64,000 nt of DNA from the human T2T-CHM13v2.0 reference genome, Homo sapiens, in the NCBI RefSeq assembly GCF_009914755.1, contig NC_060929.1; one strand, written 5' to 3'. The notes beneath the pieces are model-generated. The model made no database searches. It saw only the letters and a program-made list of their open reading frames with translations, and was not told the DNA's origin. The position numbers and the translations under genes were made by a program. This document shows positions 57,726 to 64,000 of this stretch, in pieces (the first letter of the stretch is position 1; the number at the start of each line of letters is the position of its first letter).

Positions 57726-59057
57726 TTCTTTTTTCTAATTATTACATAATGAGTGTAAATAATTCTGCTACTCATGTGATATTTTGATACATATATAAAA
57801 TGTATAATAATCACATCAAGATATTTAGGATATCCTTCAACTCCAACATTTATTATTTATTTGTGTTGGGAACATTTCAAATCTTTTCTTGCTATTTTGA
57901 AATTCAAAAAATTATTGTTAAAACTATAGTCATCCTACTGAGCTATTAAATATGAGAATGTATTCCTTCTATCTAACTGTATATTTATACCCATTAACCA
58001 ACCTCTCTGTATCTTTCTACCATGCTTTGCAGTCTCTGGTAATTACCACTCTATTCTCTACTCCATGAGAGTCACTTTTATAGCTTCCACACATGAGTAA
58101 GAACATGCAATATTTGTCTTCCTGTGCCTGGCTTATTTCACTTAGCATAATAACCTCTAGTTCCATCCATGTGGCTGCAAATGAGATGATTTTATTACTT
58201 TTGATGGCCAAATAGTATTACATTTTGTATATATACCACATTTTCTTTATCTGTTGAATTGCTGATGGAACTGTTGATTCCATATCTTGGCTACTGTGAA
58301 TAGTGCTGCAATAAATATAGGAATACATGTACCCCTTTAATATATTGGCTTCTTCTCCTTTGGATAAATACTCAACAGTGGGATTGCTAGATCCTGTAGT
58401 GGTTCTATTTTTAGTTTTTTAAGAAATCACCATACTGTTTCCATAATGACTGTACTAATTTACATTCCCACCAACAGTGTGTAAGCATTTCCTTTTCTTC
58501 ACATCTTAGCCAGCATTTGGTATTTTTTGTCTTTTTGGTAATAGCCAATCTGACTGGGGTAAGATGGTTTCTCCATGTGGTTTTGATTTGCATTTCTCTG
58601 ATAATTAGTGATGTTGAGCAATTTTTTTATATACCTGTTGGTCATTTATATGTCTTCTTTGGAGAAATGTCTATTTAGATTTTTTGCCCACTTTTTAATG
58701 GGATTATCTGTATTTTTGCTGTTTAGTTGTTTGAGTTCCTCATACATTCTGGATATGATTCTTTTGTTGATAAATATTTTGCAAGTATTTTGTCTCATTT
58801 TGTAAGTTGTCTCTTTACTCTGTTGATTGATTCCTTTGCTATGTAGAAGCTTTTTAATTTAATATAGTCCCGTTTGTCTATTTCTTGTTTTGCTGTCTGT
58901 GCTTTTGAGGGCTTGCCTCAAAATCTTTACCTAGACCAACGTTCTGGAGTATTTTCCTGTTTTCTTCTAGTAATTTTATCAATTTAGGTTTTATGTTTAA
59001 TTCTTTCATACATTTTGAGGATTTTTTTAATATCATGAGATATAGAAGTCTAGTTTC

Positions 59058-59325
59058 TTTTTTTATAGATACTCTATGTATACTGTACATATTTTTACAT
59101 ATATACTATATATACTTTATATATACTTTTTAATATATATAATATAAAAGTATTTTATACTTTTACTTTAAATTCAGGGGTACATGTGCAGGTTTGTTAC
59201 TTAAGTGAGCATGTTTCATGGGAGTTTGTTGTATAGATTATTTCATCACCTAGGTATTAAACCTAGTACCTATTAGTTATTTTTTCCTGATCCTCTCCCT
59301 CCACATATCCTCCAAACTCTAATAG
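59058..59325 (-). mobile_element. Short older L1PA 3' end with AT-expanded tail
   Basis: caggggtacatgtgcaggtttgttac...; TSD gaagtctagttt. Confidence 0.8.
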
Positions 59326-59608
59326 GAAGTCTAGTTTTATTCTTCTGCAAATGGATATCCAGTTTTCCTGGCACTACTTATTGAAGAGAGCGTCCTTTTC
59401 CTGTAGTATGCCCTTGGTGCCTTTGCTGAAACTCATTTGGCTGTAAATATGTGGATCTATTTGTGGGTTCTCTGTTTTTGTTCCATTGGTCTATGTGTCT
59501 GTTTTTATATCAATACCATGCTGTTTTGGTTATGATACCTTTGTAGTATATTTTGAAGTCAGATAGGATGATGCCTTCAGCTTTGTTCTTTTTACTCAGT
59601 ATTTTTTT

Positions 59609-61093
<1,485 letters not shown>

Positions 61094-61494
61094 TTACTCA
61101 GTATTGTTTTGGCTATTCGTTTTTTTTCCGTGATTTCATATAAATTGAAGGATTTTTTTTTCTATTTTTGTATTTTAAAAACAGCATTGGTACTTTGATA
61201 GGAATTGCATTGAATCTATAGATGGTATTGGGTAGTGTGGTCATCTTAACTATATTAATTCTGATCCAAAAGCATGGGAGATTCTTCCATTTGTGTCCTC
61301 CTCAATTTCTTTCACCAGTGTTTTATACAGTTTTTCTTGTAGAGTTATTTCACCTTAGTTAAATTTATTCCTAGGTTTATTTTGTTTTCTTTTGTTTTAT
61401 TTGTTTGTTTGTTTTGGTAGCAATTGTCAATGGGATTGCTTTCTTGGTTTCTTTTTCAGCTAATTCATTACCAGTGTGCAGACATGCTACCGAT

Positions 61495-62195
61495 CATTTC
61501 TATATACCAATAACATTGAAGGTGAAAGCCAAATCAAGAACACAATCCCATTTACAATAGCCACAGACACACATGAAAAAAGTACCTAGAAAATACATCT
61601 AATCAAAGAAATGAAAGATCTCTACAAGGAGAACTACAAAGCACTGCTAAAAGAAATCAGACATGACCCAATCAAATCGAAAAATATTCCAGGCTCATGG
61701 ATTAGAAGAATTAATATTGTAAAAATGGCCATCCTGCCCAAAGAAATCTATAGATTCAGTGCTATTCCTATCAAACTGCCAACATCATTTTTAACAGAAT
61801 TAGAAAAAAGTCTTCTAGAAAAAAATTAAATATTTCACAATTGTGAAATTATAATTTAATGTAAGGTAAATTCAGGTAGAACCCATCATCTCCCAACCCA
61901 CTTCCCTACAACACTCTATGCCAAGAAGAGATCTTCCTAAGATATTTTCCTTTTCCCAAGGAGAGGTTGGGGTGGAACCCCCGTGTGAAGGATTTTAAAG
62001 AGGAAGTTTCAGGAAAGAGATGACATAGGGGAGATCAAGGCAGAGAATGAGAGAGCTGCCATGAGGGACTAGAAATAGGGACACCTTTGTTTGGTGTGGG
62101 GGAACAGGTTAGGAAAAAAAAAAAAAGAAAAAAGTCTTGTAAAATTCATATGGAACCAAAAATGGGCCTGAATAGCCAAAGCAATCCTAAACAAA

Positions 62196-62226
<31 letters not shown>

Positions 62227-62704
62227 CATACACACATACACAAAGCTGGAGGCATCACATTACCCAATTTTAAAACTATACTACAAGGCTACAGTAACAA
62301 AAACAGCATGATACTTGTACAGAAACAGACACATAGATCAACAGAAAAGTACAGAGAACCCAGAAATAAAGCTGCACACCTGCAGCCATCTAATCTTTGA
62401 CAAAGTTGACAAAAATAAGGAATTGAGAAAGGACTTCCTATTTAATAAAAGGAAAAACTGAATATCTATATGCAGAAGAATGAAACTAAACCCCTACCTT
62501 TCACTGGATACAAAAATTAATTCAAGACGGATTAGATTAAAGATTTAAATGTAAGACCTCAAACTATAAAAATTCCAGAATAAAATCTAGGAAATGCCAT
62601 TCTAGACATTGGCCTCAGCAAATAATTTATTACTAAGTCCTGAAAAGCAATTGCAGCAAAAAGAAAAATTGCCAAGTGGGACCTAATTAAACAATAGAGT
62701 TTTT
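61495..62704 (+). mobile_element. L1PB-like ORF2 fragment (interrupted at 61818-62125)
   Basis: ORF 61611..61829 [10 protein letters not shown]...[12 protein letters not shown]...; (CA)n at 62196-62241. Confidence 0.85.
61818..62125 (+). other. Orphan retrotransposed sequence with A tail and TSD
   Basis: Sequence not recognised as a TE, ending in A13; 16-bp TSD agaaaaaagtctt(c/g)ta. Confidence 0.75.
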
Positions 62705-64000
62705 GAAAATAAAATACTTAGGAATATACTTATGCAAGCAGGTGAAAGACTTCTGCAAGAAAAACTGCAAAACACTGCTGAAATAGCTCATAGGCAACAC
62801 AAACAAATGGAAACACATCCCATGCTCATGGGTAGCTAGAATCAATATTGTCAAAACGGCCATACTACCAAGAGTGATCCACAAATTTAATGCAATTCCC
62901 ATCAAAATACCATCATCATTTTTCTCAGAACTAGAAAAAAAATCCTAAAATTCATATGAAACCAAAAAAGACCCTGCATAGCCAAAGCAAGACTAAGCAA
63001 AAAGAACAAATCTGGAGGCATCACATTACCTGACTTCAAACTATAGTATAAGGCTATAGTCACTAAAACAGCATGGTATTGGTATAAAAATAGGCACATA
63101 CACCAATGGAACAGAATAGAGAACCCAGAAAAAAAGCCAAACACTTACAGCCAACTGATCTTCAACAAAGCAAACAAAAACATAAAATGGGAAAAGAACA
63201 CCCTATTCAACAAATGGTCCTGGGATAATTGGCAAGCCACATGTAGAAGAATGAAACTGGATCTTCATCTCTTACCTTATACAAAAATCAACTCAAGATG
63301 GATCAAAGACTTACATCTAAGACCTGAAACCATGAAAAATCTGGAAGATAACATCAGAAAAACCCTTCTAGACATTGGCTTAGGCAAAGACTTCATGACC
63401 AAGAACCCAAAAGCAAATGCAACCAAGACAAAGATAAATAGATGGGACTTAATTATACTAAAAAGCTTCTGCACTGCAAAAGAAATAATCAGCAGAGTTA
63501 ACAGACAACCCACACAGTGGGAAAAAATTTTGCAAACTATGCATCCAACAAAGAACTAATATCCAGAATCTATGAGGAACTCAAATAAATCAGCGAGAAA
63601 AAAACAAATAATCCTATTAAAAAGTGAGCTAAGGACATGAATACACAATTCTCAAAAGATATATAAATGGCCAACAAACATATGAAAAATGCTCAACGTC
63701 ACTAATTATCAGGGAAATGCAAATCAAAACCACAACGTGATACCACCTTACTCCTGCAAGAATAGCCATAATTTAACAATAAAAAATAATAGATGTTGGT
63801 GTGGGTGTGGTGAAAAGGGAATACTTTTACACTGTTGGTGGGAATGCAAACTAGTGCAACTACTATGGAAAACAGTATGGAGATTCCTTAAAAAACTAAA
63901 AGTAGATCTACCATATGATGTAGCAATCCCATTACTGTGGATCTACCCAAAGGAAAATAAGTCACAATATGAAAAAGACACTTGCACCCACATGTTCATA
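62705..64000 (+). mobile_element. Second L1PB-type ORF2 fragment, runs off the window
   Basis: Restarts at an earlier ORF2 position (aaatacttaggaata); ORF 63251..63559 is ORF2p-like. Confidence 0.88.

Overview
This is a repeat-dense, apparently intergenic or deep-intronic primate window. It is most likely human, because an Alu arm at 3120-3221 carries the AluYb8 diagnostic 7-bp duplication. I find no host protein-coding exon, RNA gene or CRISPR array; the ORFs with recognisable content translate Alu, L1, L2, LTR or HERV-H sequence. Main contents are a 6.2-kb internally deleted HERV-H provirus (3268-9493), a complete THE1 MaLR provirus, solo LTRs (LTR10-, LTR8-, LTR12C-, LTR28/LTR1-, LTR9-, THE1-, MST- and MLT1-like), about 15 Alus, nested L1s, L2/MIR relics and hAT DNA transposons. 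I cannot support a new biological system. The notable signals are rearrangement footprints: an old HERV-H-interrupted AluS whose 3' arm looks replaced by a young AluYb8 arm with an apparent flanking deletion; a twin-primed L1 with a ~200-bp 3' transduction; a ~300-bp orphan retrotransposed sequence; a perfect 32-bp copy 4 kb from its donor; a tail-less AluY at a deletion junction; an Alu-L1 fusion sharing one target-site duplication (TSD); a one-LTR THE1 that keeps its TSD; and a head-to-head L1 junction. Subfamily names come from recalled consensus sequences and need RepeatMasker/Dfam confirmation.
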